Below are positions 7,167 to 17,477 of a DNA stretch of 24,311 nucleotides, piece by piece. This DNA comes from a candidate division FCPU426 bacterium. GTDB lineage: Bacteria; Oederibacteriota; JAAXVQ01; JAUVAV01. The stretch lies in the NCBI GenBank assembly GCA_030637655.1, contig DAOWGI010000003.1, positions 1-24,311 of the forward strand, written 5' to 3'. Position 1 is the stretch's first letter; each line of letters opens with the position of its first letter. Both the position numbers and the translations under genes were made by a program. The notes below the pieces were generated by a model. It was not told the origin of the DNA. It did not search any database and saw only the letters and a program-made list of their open reading frames with translations.

Positions 7167-9999
7167 TTTATCAACGCAATCTTTTTAATTACTTTTTCTT
7201 CCACACCTTCGCTATTTTTAGCTGTTATCAACAACAAATAAACACCATTTGCGAGATTGCTCATATTGATATGTTCTATCTGCTTTCCGATATTGTAATT
7301 CCTTCTAAAAGAAAGCACTTCCTGGTTACTGGTCGTAAACAGTTTCCCGCTAACTTCACAGGAAGTATTTGTAAATATTACTATATTTGCAATATGTCCT
7401 CGAATAGGGTTTGGGGCTGCATAAATATGTTTTTCGGAAATAATTCTGCCATCAAATCCGGGTACCGGAGTACTAGTAGAAGTCGGCGTAATTGTCGGTG
7501 TTGGTGTCGGTATTTCACTGCTTGCCTCAAACTCATAAATATGATTGTTGTCACCAACCGCATAAATCTCATATCGGTTATCATTATCTCCATCTCCAAT
7601 ATCCAATGCCAGCAGTGGTGTTCCCGCTGTCCCTAGATCATTCTTTTTCCACACACTATCTTCCCATAGGAATTGATATATATGTCCATCTTCACAGGAT
7701 GCGTACAAGGCATCAATCCCGCTATTATCAGCATCATTTATAGCAAGATCATACATTTTTCCATTTCCCTGGCCCACTTCGGTCTTTTGCCAGGAAGATA
7801 TAACCCAAGCATATTTGTAAATTTTGCCATCTTCGCACGCAGCGTAGACCTCGGTTTTTCCATCACGGTCAGCATCGGCAACTTTCACTGCGTACATTTT
7901 GCCTCCACCTGTTCCTACCTGATTCGAATTCCAGGAGGCACCGTTGTATTTAAATTGAGCAATCATATTATTTGATCCAGCAGAATAAACCTCAAACTCA
8001 CCATCACTATACCATCACCTACAGCCACATCGTATATTTCCCCTCCGACACTCCCGCAATCTTCTACTGTCCAACTTCCTGTTGATTTGGCATACTGATA
8101 AACATGACCGTTTGCGCAGGCAGCATATAGCTTTACCCAGCCATCATTATTGCCGTCCCCTGTACATAAGCTGTAAACCGCAGCTCCTACAGTAGCCACG
8201 TTTTCTTGTGTCCAATTATTAACGCTGCAATATTCGTATACATTATTATTTAAGGAGGCACTATATAGATCTAAACCCCCATTATGATTCCCGTCAGCTA
8301 CCATTACATCAATATAGTATTCACCTACCACAGCACTTGAAAACACTTCTGTTTTCAACCAAATCGGATCATTGTTTTTGAACCGAAATATTTTTTGATT
8401 ACGACATACTGCAAAGATTTCTTTCAACCCGTCATTATCCCCGTCTGCAACAACAATATCAGAAAATATTCCACCAACAGTCGAACTATCCATTTGTCCC
8501 ATATCAGTAATATCCCATTGGATTGGTTTTTCAAGCAGTTCAAGAATATCAAAACTATTGTTTAGCGCCTTGCTATAGAACGGCCTTATGACTTCAGTAT
8601 TATAAATACCCGCCAAGGCGCCTGTTAAATTAAAATTAGCAGTAATAAGATTTTCATTTACTAAATTTACATTGTATCCATTTATTATTTCACATGTGCT
8701 GCTACGAATCAGTCTAACTTGAACAGGAGCAACAAATTGCACACCAGATATCTTCATGGACATAGTAGTATTTAGGATCGTATGATTTGGCAAAATATTA
8801 TATGGAGAAGTAATTACATCTACAGGATTACCAATATGTTTTACATAGACTTTGTTCGTAGCACCCTCATCATCTTGAAAAGCAACATACACTACCCCGT
8901 CTCCCGGCGTGGCAACACTTGGATATCGAGCATTGCTGTTAGAGCCAACATTCAATTCCCCAGATCCGTCTTGCTCCCAATCACTTCCATTATAATGTTT
9001 TACATACACTTTATCTTTTCCGCTTACGATTTCCATCCAGGTTACATACGGAGTTGTGTCAGATACTGCAATTCGAGGATAAATCGCCACATTGTCGGCA
9101 TCCATATTCAAACATCTGCTTCCTACCAAATCCCACGAACTCCCATTTTTAACTTTTACATACACTTGATAACCACTACTTCTGTACTCCTGCCATACTA
9201 TATACGGCGTATTTTCAGAAAAAGAAATTTTTGGATATACTGCATTCATATTAACATCTACATTCAATTCATTGCCATTTTGCTCCCAGTCACTCCCATT
9301 AAAGTGTTTAACATATATATGCCACTTCGCTCCAGTATATTCATTCCACACGACATAGGGCGTATGATTATCAATCGCAATATCTGGATTATATGCCGGC
9401 CAACTCATATTAACATTAAGCGGCGCGCCTTTCTGAACCCACTGATTACCATCGTAATACTTCACATATATTTTTTCAGTATTTATACCACCACTATTTT
9501 CTTGCCAAGCTATATAAGGAGTTTCATTATCAAAAGTAATGCTTGGATATATAGCAACTTCAGAAGGATTGTTATTTATACTTCCTGATCCAAGTTGAAC
9601 CCAACTCGAACCATTGAAATACTTTACATAAACCAACTTCAGATTAGGATTAGGTCCTTCATGCCATGCAATATAGGGTGTCGAATATAAAAAAGCAATA
9701 TCAGGGCATGAAATGGAATAATCAACATTCTCATTTATATAACTTCCAACTTGAGACCATGATCCTTCCACAAAACATTTTATAAAGCCTTTCGCTCCTA
9801 CACCAGGAAGACCTGATTCTACCCAAAATGCATAAGGTATTGTGCCGCACATTTCAACCACAGGATAACCAGCCCCTTCATTTAAATCAAGGTTCAAGGC
9901 TCCTCCATCCTGCGTCCAAGCACACCATCCCGCTTTTACACCGAAGAGACTAATGGTAATAAGCAGCACATAGATTAGTTTTAAATTAATTTCACGCAT
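7163..9999 (-). pseudogene. Large secreted beta-propeller/FG-GAP-like repeat protein with C-terminal Ig-like sorting-type domain, interrupted by a 1-nt frameshift at ~8010
   Basis: ORFs 7963-9999 and 7163-7966 join if one base is restored (GGT [G]AT AGT GAT GGT GAG TTT GAG GTT TAT = GDSDGEFEVY), matching the repeated D-G-D-N-D-G-x-x-E-x-Y consensus. Signal peptide, PY(I/V)xWxE...YVK..(N)GxxW repeats, PT linker, IYAAPNP...LANGVYLL...KKIALIK tail. Confidence 0.8.
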
Positions 10000-10087
10000 A
10001 AAAAGCCCCCCCGAACTCCATAACAGTTGTTATTTTATATCAACGCTTAATCAGATATACCTTCGACTTGATCTTTAATTTTTTATT

Positions 10088-10759
10088 TCACTTCTCAAAC
10101 TGCTCTGCAGTCCAGGGATACTCAGCACGACGGCGGAGAAAGCTTTTGCGGAGTTTTGAAACTAAAAAGGTCTCACGCAGCCAGGCTTGGATCGGATGCT
10201 GCTTTTTGGTCTGTATTTCTTTGATTAATTTTTTGGCCAGGCGATCTGCCTGGGCATATACTTTTTTCTCATTCACAAAGCCCTTTTTGTCCCGCACTTT
10301 GGAGACACCCCAGGCATAGCCCACATAATTGCCACCGCACAGCCATACTGCCTGGCCGCACCATGCGGCAATTTTTCGGGTCATGGCCCAATGCCCGGCC
10401 ACGCACAATCCGACCCCGTATTTACCTTTGAGCGCCTGACTGTAATACAGAAAGGCATGGCTGCGGTCCATTACTGCTTTAAATTGCGCAGATACATCAA
10501 ACGCATAATTGGGTGTGGCCAGAACCAGAGCATCGGCTTCCAGGATTTTCGGCAACATGGTCAGGTAATCATCCTGAATCGGACAGGTGCCCTGACGCAT
10601 GCATTGCTCACAAGCACGGCAAAAATCCACGCGGTATTGGGTGGTGGAATGGATTTCCGTTGTCGCGCCCAAGGTCTCGCAGGTTTGCATGAACCGTTGC
10701 AGCAAACGCCGGGTATTTCCTTGAGCGCGCGGTGAGGCGCAGAGTCCGACGATTTTCAT
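10088..10759 (-). CDS. Flavodoxin-family iron-sulfur flavoprotein / NAD(P)H-dependent FMN reductase
   Basis: SPRAQGNT, CRACEQC-x5-CPIQDD, ATPNY, FKAVMDR, LKGKYG. Confidence 0.9.
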   Translation of the reverse strand: MKIVGLCASPRAQGNTRRLLQRFMQTCETLGATTEIHSTTQYRVDFCRACEQCMRQGTCPIQDDYLTMLPKILEADALVLATPNYAFDVSAQFKAVMDRSHAFLYYSQALKGKYGVGLCVAGHWAMTRKIAAWCGQAVWLCGGNYVGYAWGVSKVRDKKGFVNEKKVYAQADRLAKKLIKEIQTKKQHPIQAWLRETFLVSKLRKSFLRRRAEYPWTAEQFEK

Positions 10760-10820
10760 AGGCTTACAGTCTCATTTCATAAAAATCCATGGTATTTCAC
10801 CTTGTTATAAATAAATTATT

Positions 10821-10876
10821 GTAGGGGCACCCGTAAAGGGTGCCCCCGCCAGGGCGACCGTGAAGGTCGCCCCTAC
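10821..10876. repeat. GTAG-family REP doublet
   Basis: GTAGGGGCACCC-GTAAA-GGGTGCCCC followed by GGGCGACC-GTGAA-GGTCGCCCCTAC, just downstream of cysE. Confidence 0.8.
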
Positions 10877-10883
10877 ATATTTA

Positions 10884-11594
10884 TTAGGAATTTGGTTTTT
10901 GCTCAAGGAAAGACTCGATGTATTGTTCTTCCTCCTCCATATTCTGCTTTTTAAATTCTTCTTCGGTAAAACATTTTTTATCATGCATCAATTTCGTCAA
11001 GGCGCTGATACGATTGTCCAAATGACGTACTACATCCAGGACCGGATCCGGCAGCTGGTTATGATCCAAAGGAGAGCGCAGACGCTCCCCGGATGCCAAA
11101 CGGACTATTTTACCGGGATTGCCGACTACCGTGCAACCGGCCGGCACATCATGCACCACCACTGCCATGGTTCCGATCTTGGCGCCTTGGCCTACGGTTA
11201 GCGATCCCAGCACCTTGGCTCCGGCGCCGATAACTACATCCGGTTCAATGGTAGGATGCCGTTTTACTTTTTTTAAGGAGGTCCCTCCCAGGGTAACCCC
11301 TTGGTAAATGAGCACGTGGTCACTGACTTCTGCTGTCTCGCCAATAACCACACCATGTCCATGATCAATAAAAACCCCTGTGCCGAGCTTGGCGCCCGGA
11401 TGAATATCAATCCCGGTTAAAAACCGGCTTATATTAGATACCAGGCGTCCCAGGGTTTTGAGTTTGATGATCCACAAAAAATGAGCAAACTGATGCAGCC
11501 AAATGGCATGCAAGCCCGGATAACAGAGCACCACCTCAAAAATATTCCTGGCAGCCGGATCTTTGGCAAACACTGCTTTGATATTGTCAAACAT
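10884..11594 (-). CDS. cysE: Serine O-acetyltransferase
   Basis: [61 protein letters not shown]. Confidence 0.95.
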   Translation of the reverse strand: MFDNIKAVFAKDPAARNIFEVVLCYPGLHAIWLHQFAHFLWIIKLKTLGRLVSNISRFLTGIDIHPGAKLGTGVFIDHGHGVVIGETAEVSDHVLIYQGVTLGGTSLKKVKRHPTIEPDVVIGAGAKVLGSLTVGQGAKIGTMAVVVHDVPAGCTVVGNPGKIVRLASGERLRSPLDHNQLPDPVLDVVRHLDNRISALTKLMHDKKCFTEEEFKKQNMEEEEQYIESFLEQKPNS

Positions 11595-11623
11595 TGCTTG
11601 GTACCTCCTTTTAAACTATGATT

Positions 11624-11671
11624 GTAGAGACGTTGCATTGCAACGTCTCTACGAAATTGCAACGTCTCTAC
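11624..11671. repeat. GTAG-family REP palindrome with duplicated right arm
   Basis: GTAGAGACGTTGCA-T-TGCAACGTCTCTAC, then a second TTGCAACGTCTCTAC. Confidence 0.8.
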
Positions 11672-11736
11672 AAAACGGAATGACGATGCCCTCTGTGAAA
11701 CTTTAATTTTACTTTATATTCTCCGCAACTTACCAC

Positions 11737-13359
11737 TTATTCATTGCCCACAATAACCAGATTTGTCAAGGCGGAAACCAAACGCATCTCTTCCGGCTTT
11801 AAGTCCGTCTTTACGGCCACTGCCAATTTCATCTTATTTTTACGAGCCTGCTCCACTAAGTCCGACTCGCTGGCATGCGCCAAGAAAAACGGTGATATCT
11901 CCAAAATAAACGATACTTCCTTGGAAAGCCGTTTGGCTTTTTCCAGCATGCGGTGAAACCTCAGTTTAAGGGTCTCCGGCGAAGTTACCCAACCCAGTCC
12001 CTGACAGACAGGACAGAAGACATACAAGGATCGCAATAAACTCCCGCGCACACGTTTGCGCGTCATTTCAATCAGTCCGAGATTGGTCAATTTGCGAATA
12101 CTGGTTTTCGCGCGATCACGATGCGCCACCCGGGACAGTTCTTGATACACGCGTTCCTTGTGTTCCGGAATACGCATGTCAATAAAATCAATGACAATAA
12201 TGCCTCCCAAATCACGCAAACGCAATTGTCTGCCAATCTCTTGCGCGGCCTCCAGGTTGGTCTTTAGGATGGTATCGTCTTGTCTGCCTTTCCCCACATG
12301 CCGGCCCGTATTGACATCAACCACTACCAATGCTTCCGTCTCCTCGATGACCAAATAGCCCCCGCATTTCAGCCATACTTTGGGCCGCAATACTCGTTCC
12401 AGTTCATTTTCAATATTAAGCGCTTCGTAGAGTGGGATTTTCCCTTTATACATTTCCACTTTCGGTTTCAAGGAGGTGAGAAATGAATCCAACCACTTTT
12501 TTATCTGTTTGCCCTGTTGGGGTGAATCAATAATAATTTTCCGATCCTCTTCAGTTAAAAGATCACGCGCCACCCGGTGCAAGATCCCCTGTTCAATATG
12601 CAATCCGGCCGGCGCCCCTGATTTTTTCTCTCTGGTTTTGATTTCTTTCCAAAGTCCAATTAGATACTTCACCTCGGATTTGAGCTCTTTTTCCGTCGCG
12701 TTTTCCGCGGAAGTCCGGGCAATAATCCCAAATCCCTTAGGGGTAATCTTGTCTAAAATCTTTTTTAAACGCGATCGCTCTTTCTCAGCGGCAATACGAT
12801 GGGACACACCGGTGTGTTCGGCGCTGGGAATCAAAACCAGCAGACGTGAAGGCAGCGAGACTTGTCCGGTCAAGCGTGGTCCTTTGGTGGAAATCGCCTC
12901 TTTTTCCACCTGCACAACGATCTCCTGTCCTTTTTTCAAAAGATCTTGTATCAAGCGGCGATTTCCGCGCTGAAAACTGTTATATCGTTTTTCCCGGGCG
13001 ACCGCCTCTTCCACTGTGGGTGTATCCTCCTGCTTCCTGGCTTGCTTGGCATTCATATAATCCTCAATGGTCAAAGATTCGGTCATGACATCACGGGCGT
13101 GTAAAAATCCGCTCTTTTCCATTCCAATATCCACAAAGGCCGCTTGTAAACCCGGTAATACGGTATTAACCCTGGCTTTGTAGATATTACCTACAATGGA
13201 TCCTTCCTCATTGCGTTCATAATAATATTCTGCTAATTTACCGGATTCCACGAAGGCTATCCTGGTCTCAAATTCATCCCGGGCAATCAGCATTTCCCGC
13301 TCTTGCTTGAGCAAGGGGGTTAGAACCCGGGTCTCTTTCTGATTCTTTCTCATTTTCAT
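11737..13359 (-). CDS. rng: Ribonuclease E/G family (Rne/Rng), RNase G-length
   Basis: GNIYKARV..VLPGLQAAFVDIG, KGPRLT, DVNTG, TNLEAA.EI.RQLRLRDLGGIIVIDFIDM, CPVCQG. Confidence 0.93.
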   Translation of the reverse strand: MKMRKNQKETRVLTPLLKQEREMLIARDEFETRIAFVESGKLAEYYYERNEEGSIVGNIYKARVNTVLPGLQAAFVDIGMEKSGFLHARDVMTESLTIEDYMNAKQARKQEDTPTVEEAVAREKRYNSFQRGNRRLIQDLLKKGQEIVVQVEKEAISTKGPRLTGQVSLPSRLLVLIPSAEHTGVSHRIAAEKERSRLKKILDKITPKGFGIIARTSAENATEKELKSEVKYLIGLWKEIKTREKKSGAPAGLHIEQGILHRVARDLLTEEDRKIIIDSPQQGKQIKKWLDSFLTSLKPKVEMYKGKIPLYEALNIENELERVLRPKVWLKCGGYLVIEETEALVVVDVNTGRHVGKGRQDDTILKTNLEAAQEIGRQLRLRDLGGIIVIDFIDMRIPEHKERVYQELSRVAHRDRAKTSIRKLTNLGLIEMTRKRVRGSLLRSLYVFCPVCQGLGWVTSPETLKLRFHRMLEKAKRLSKEVSFILEISPFFLAHASESDLVEQARKNKMKLAVAVKTDLKPEEMRLVSALTNLVIVGNE

Positions 13360-13441
13360 TTTTTTGTTTCCTCACTTTATAAATGTTTCACAGCATGCAT
13401 TCGCATTGACTGTGTTATTCAACTTCGATCTCACTGCTTAT

Positions 13442-13469
13442 GTAGAGACGCGATTAATCGCGTCTCTAC
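13442..13469. repeat. GTAG-family REP palindrome
   Basis: Perfect palindrome GTAGAGACGCGATTAATCGCGTCTCTAC. Confidence 0.8.
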
Positions 13470-13492
13470 GGTTTTTATCCTATCTTTCTCTC

Positions 13493-13555
13493 TGCGTACT
13501 CCTCGTGCCCGCTTTTTGGGTATGCGTCTCCTTGTGCCCGTTTCTTGGGTATGCG
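13493..13555. repeat. Two ~30-bp tandem repeats, each with a small hairpin
   Basis: TGCGTACTCCTCGTGCCCGCTTTTTGGGTA / TGCGTCTCCTTGTGCCCGTTTCTTGGGTA / TGCG. Confidence 0.7.
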
Positions 13556-13589
13556 GTGAATCTGACTTTTTGCATCCGGCTTGTCCGGG

Positions 13590-16178
13590 TTAGGGCGCCA
13601 CTACAGTATCCCGGACCAATTTTCCGGATGCCAAACGTACGCACTCAACTTCGGAAACGGAAATGACATTGCCGCATAAATAGGCAACAATCGTGCTGAG
13701 CTTGGCTACTGGCAGCATTTCCGTGGAATGCACCAAGTATATCTCCACGTTTGTCTCAGAAGATGCATATAATTCAATCTGCTTAATGGCTGTCTGCAAA
13801 TTAACTTGACGCGCTCCCTTTTTACTCTCCTGGGAAAGCATGATCTCTTGACCTGCGTGTATTACTTGCAGACTTGTCTCTAACTGTTTGCGTATCTCCG
13901 GTCCGGCAGGAAAACAAAGCGCGTACTTTCCAGCTTTAATTTGCTCATTCAACGACAGTGTCTGCAAGGGCACTTCCTTACACTTTTCAATTCGAATCCC
14001 GGCCGGCAAATTGGCATTCATGGCATTTTGTACTTCCGACGGTTTTTGCCAAGCATCCAATCCCATATCCATCCATTCAGAAATACCGATCATTCCCAAT
14101 GCTAAGGGCGGACCAAATGCCAGACTCGGTTGGGGATGAAAGCCGTGGGAGTAATGCAAAGGCAAACCAGCCCGTCGGGCTGCGCGCCGAAAAACATTAA
14201 CCATATCCAAGTGTCCGATAAATCGCATATCCCCGGTCTTGCCGTACCCCAAACGCAAACGCACGGACTCGCGTTCAGGGCGGAGCTCTGTTTTTTTCAA
14301 AACTGACTTCTCCGGCAAAACCGCTGCCGCAGGTAACGGACATTTCTTCGGTTCTTCCGCCCCGCACACGTTGCACACCCCGGTCTGCCGGCAGTCAGGT
14401 GTGATGACCTCAGCCCTGGCGCGGGACCATTCCTTTTTCAAGTATTCAACGCCCACACCCATATCCATATGTTCCCAGGGCAAAGCCTCATCCTGTGAGC
14501 GTTGACGCAAGGCATACGTATCCGGATCAATACCCAATTCGGTGAATGCCTGTTCCCACAGATCAAAACGGAACTGATCCCCCCAACTGTCAAAACGTGC
14601 TCCCAGGCTCCAGGCCTTGTGAATTACCGGCCAGATTCTACGGTCACCTCGAGCGAGCGCTGCTTCCAAATAACTCCGGTTGAGTTCCTCTTCATTCCGG
14701 CGGCCTAGCTTAAAACCCGTAGCCCGCGGCAATACATCTGCCAACCGTTGCAGGCGCTCCCGGGCGTCAACACGAGATAATTGACCAACCCATTGGAAAG
14801 GAGTGTGGGGTTTGGGTATAAATAAATTGATGCTAAGATTGATGCGTACTGCCCGGCGTTGCGAACGGTTTTGCTTGGCCTGGTATAGTATTTTCCGGAC
14901 CAGACGGTTGATCTCCTGCGCGTCGTCCCTGCTCTCAGTCGGCAATCCCACCATGAAATACAATTTGATCAAATCCCAGCCCTCGGTAAAAACCCGGGTT
15001 AAATTCTCAATAAATCCGTCCTCATCCAAATATTTATTGATGACTCTGCGCAGACGCTCACTCCCGGCTTCCGGCGCAAAGGTCAAGCCGGTTTTACGCA
15101 CTTGCCGGACGGTTTCAGCCAATTCGCTTTTGAATGAATCCAACCGTAAGGATGGGAATGACAAAGCCACCTGCTGCGCGGAAAATGCCTCCATCAAACA
15201 GCGCACCAGTGGCAAAAGTTGCGTATAGTCCCCGGAGGACAAGGATTTTACCGAGACCTCTTCGTAGCCGGTTTCCTTCACAGCCTGCAGTAATTGCTGC
15301 AGAATATCTTGCGGATCGCGCTCCCGGACAGGCCGATTGATCATACCGGCCTGGCAAAACCGGCAGCCGCGCGTGCAGCCGCGAAATAATTCCGTAGAAA
15401 CACGGTCATGCGTCACCTGCAAAAATGGGACCAGGGGTTTGTTGGGCACCGAAGGCGCGGATTCAGTGCGTCGTTGGATTGGAAATGGCATACCTGCTTC
15501 TGGAATTATCTTTTCAAACTGTCCGGAAGCGGAATAATACGGAGTATAGAAAGCCGGCGCGTACACTCCTGGGATTTGGGCCAGTTGCTTTATCCGCTCC
15601 GAACGGGTTAAGGCACGCAGGGCTTGTTCCTGACGCAGCAGTTCCGGAAAAACCGTCTCGCCATCTCCTACTACAAACAAATCAAAAACCTCGGCCATGG
15701 GCTCAGGATTGGCCGCACCCGGTCCACCGCCCAAAACCAATGGCTGATCATTATTTCTATCTTTGGCCTGAATGGGAATCTGTCCCAAATCCAGCATATT
15801 GAGTACATTGGTATATGACATTTCATGCTGTAAGGTAATACCGATGATGTGAAAATCCCGCATCGGGGAAGTGGTTTCCACGGAACAGAGCGGTAAATTG
15901 ATTTTACGCAATACGGCTTCTGCATCCACCCAAGGAGAATACATTCGTTCAGCATAGACCGTCTCGTCCTGATTTAGAATTTCGTACAGAATATGAAATC
16001 CAAGATAGGATATACCAATCTCATAGATATCCGGAAAAGCCAGGGCCACACGCGTTTGGACGGACTGCGGATCTTTTATGATCTGATTCCATTCGCCGCC
16101 CAGGTACCGTGCCGGTTTTTGGACATATGGCAGCACTTGCTCGCGCAGCACCTGTGCATAATTAATTTTAGTTTCCAC
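13590..16178 (-). CDS. B12-binding radical SAM protein (TIGR03960-type) fused to DUF2344/TIGR03936-type domain
   Basis: KPARYLGGE, FPDIYEIG, RGCTRGCRFCQAG, GLTFAPEAGSERLR, KLYFMVGLPTE; C-terminal RFIGHLD..F.RA.RRAGLP..S.GFHP. GTG start at 16178 has an AAGGA RBS. Confidence 0.9.
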   Translation of the reverse strand: METKINYAQVLREQVLPYVQKPARYLGGEWNQIIKDPQSVQTRVALAFPDIYEIGISYLGFHILYEILNQDETVYAERMYSPWVDAEAVLRKINLPLCSVETTSPMRDFHIIGITLQHEMSYTNVLNMLDLGQIPIQAKDRNNDQPLVLGGGPGAANPEPMAEVFDLFVVGDGETVFPELLRQEQALRALTRSERIKQLAQIPGVYAPAFYTPYYSASGQFEKIIPEAGMPFPIQRRTESAPSVPNKPLVPFLQVTHDRVSTELFRGCTRGCRFCQAGMINRPVRERDPQDILQQLLQAVKETGYEEVSVKSLSSGDYTQLLPLVRCLMEAFSAQQVALSFPSLRLDSFKSELAETVRQVRKTGLTFAPEAGSERLRRVINKYLDEDGFIENLTRVFTEGWDLIKLYFMVGLPTESRDDAQEINRLVRKILYQAKQNRSQRRAVRINLSINLFIPKPHTPFQWVGQLSRVDARERLQRLADVLPRATGFKLGRRNEEELNRSYLEAALARGDRRIWPVIHKAWSLGARFDSWGDQFRFDLWEQAFTELGIDPDTYALRQRSQDEALPWEHMDMGVGVEYLKKEWSRARAEVITPDCRQTGVCNVCGAEEPKKCPLPAAAVLPEKSVLKKTELRPERESVRLRLGYGKTGDMRFIGHLDMVNVFRRAARRAGLPLHYSHGFHPQPSLAFGPPLALGMIGISEWMDMGLDAWQKPSEVQNAMNANLPAGIRIEKCKEVPLQTLSLNEQIKAGKYALCFPAGPEIRKQLETSLQVIHAGQEIMLSQESKKGARQVNLQTAIKQIELYASSETNVEIYLVHSTEMLPVAKLSTIVAYLCGNVISVSEVECVRLASGKLVRDTVVAP

Positions 16179-16267
16179 TGCTGTATCCTTTAAATATTTA
16201 TTAATCACTAAGACGTACTGACGCACAGGAGTAAATTATTATTCCTATGTATCTATTCATTAGCGCC

Positions 16268-16290
16268 GGGCGCACTCAGTGCGCCCCTAC
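16268..16290. repeat. Partial GTAG-family REP
   Basis: GGGCGCACT-C-AGTGCGCCC-CTAC. Confidence 0.6.
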
Positions 16291-16337
16291 ATTTATTGAT
16301 ATTTCTTGGCGTCCTCTGCGGTGAAAACGCCTTTAAA

Positions 16338-17477
16338 TCATTTCACTTTCCGACCGGACCAGATGCTCATCATAATTCCGAGCATACTCAGGCACACAAT
16401 CATAGAAGATCCTCCATACGAAATAAAAGGCAGAGTCATACCGGTCACCGGCAATATGCCGATGGCCACACTTAAATTTACCAGCAACTGGGTAAATATA
16501 ATAGTAGTTAATCCCACTGCCGCGAGACTGCCGCTCATATCCCGGGCCGCCCTGGCAATGCGCAGCATTTGCAGCAATAATATGGTAAAGAGCAGCAGCA
16601 AAACTACTGCTCCCAGAAATCCCCATTCTTCCGCCATTACTGCAAAAATAAAATCCGTATGGTGTTCCGGCACAAATTTCAATTGTCCTTGAGTTCCGGA
16701 AAGCCAGCCCTTACCCATAAAACCACCGGAGCCAATGGCAATCTTAGATTGAATCACATTGTAGCCGGCACCCAAGGTGTCGGACGAGGGATTGAGAAAA
16801 ACAATCAATCGCCGGCGTTGATAATCTTTTAACAACATCCACACCAAGGGTGAGGTTAAAATGCCTGCTCCGGCAATAATAAAAAGCCGTTTTAACGGAA
16901 CTCCCACAGTAAAAAGCAAGGCAAACACTAAGGGTATAAATACCAATGAGGTCCCCAAATCCGGCTCCCGCAAAATCAAGACCATGGGCACACCGGCAAT
17001 AATAAGGGCGCCCAATATGGTTTGCCATTCCAGGACCCGGTTTTGCCGGTTGGCTATAAATTTTGCCAGGACCAGGGTGGTGGCCACTTTGGCAAATTCC
17101 GATGGTTGGAATCCAAAGGGACCCAGCGTCAACCAGCGCTTGCTGCCGGATATTTGATCGCCGGCGGCCAATAAAACAGCCAAAATAATCAATAATATCC
17201 AGTACCCGGGCAGCGAGTAGCGATCGAGCAATACCTTAAAATTCAAAGAAGCGAAAAATAGCATGCCCAACAAACCCACCGAGATCCAAATAATTTGCTT
17301 CAAATAAATTACCGGCATATCGACTTTGACGTACGTCGACGAATACACCATCATGACTCCGATCAAGGCCAAAGCCAAAACCGGCAGGAGAATGGTCAAA
17401 TCCATTTCCTGGGCCATGCGCAACGAGGATCTACTGCCTCGGTTTTGCTTCCACTTTTTCTGAGGAAGGTATGCCAA
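16338..17477 (-). CDS. rodA: Rod shape-determining protein RodA (SEDS); true start may be 17417
   Basis: GSKRW, QPSEFAK, EPDLGT, GYNVIQSKIAIGSGG, PEHHTDFIF, LPFISYGGSS; follows mrdA. Confidence 0.95.
   Translation of the reverse strand: MAYLPQKKWKQNRGSRSSLRMAQEMDLTILLPVLALALIGVMMVYSSTYVKVDMPVIYLKQIIWISVGLLGMLFFASLNFKVLLDRYSLPGYWILLIILAVLLAAGDQISGSKRWLTLGPFGFQPSEFAKVATTLVLAKFIANRQNRVLEWQTILGALIIAGVPMVLILREPDLGTSLVFIPLVFALLFTVGVPLKRLFIIAGAGILTSPLVWMLLKDYQRRRLIVFLNPSSDTLGAGYNVIQSKIAIGSGGFMGKGWLSGTQGQLKFVPEHHTDFIFAVMAEEWGFLGAVVLLLLFTILLLQMLRIARAARDMSGSLAAVGLTTIIFTQLLVNLSVAIGILPVTGMTLPFISYGGSSMIVCLSMLGIMMSIWSGRKVK

Noticed and set aside
8782-9588. 268-aa plus-strand ORF
   Set aside because: Antisense shadow of the repeat protein, with Ile-rich non-protein-like composition.
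13364-13666. 100-aa plus-strand ORF
   Set aside because: Runs through a REP and tandem repeats and overlaps the radical SAM 3' end; no RBS.
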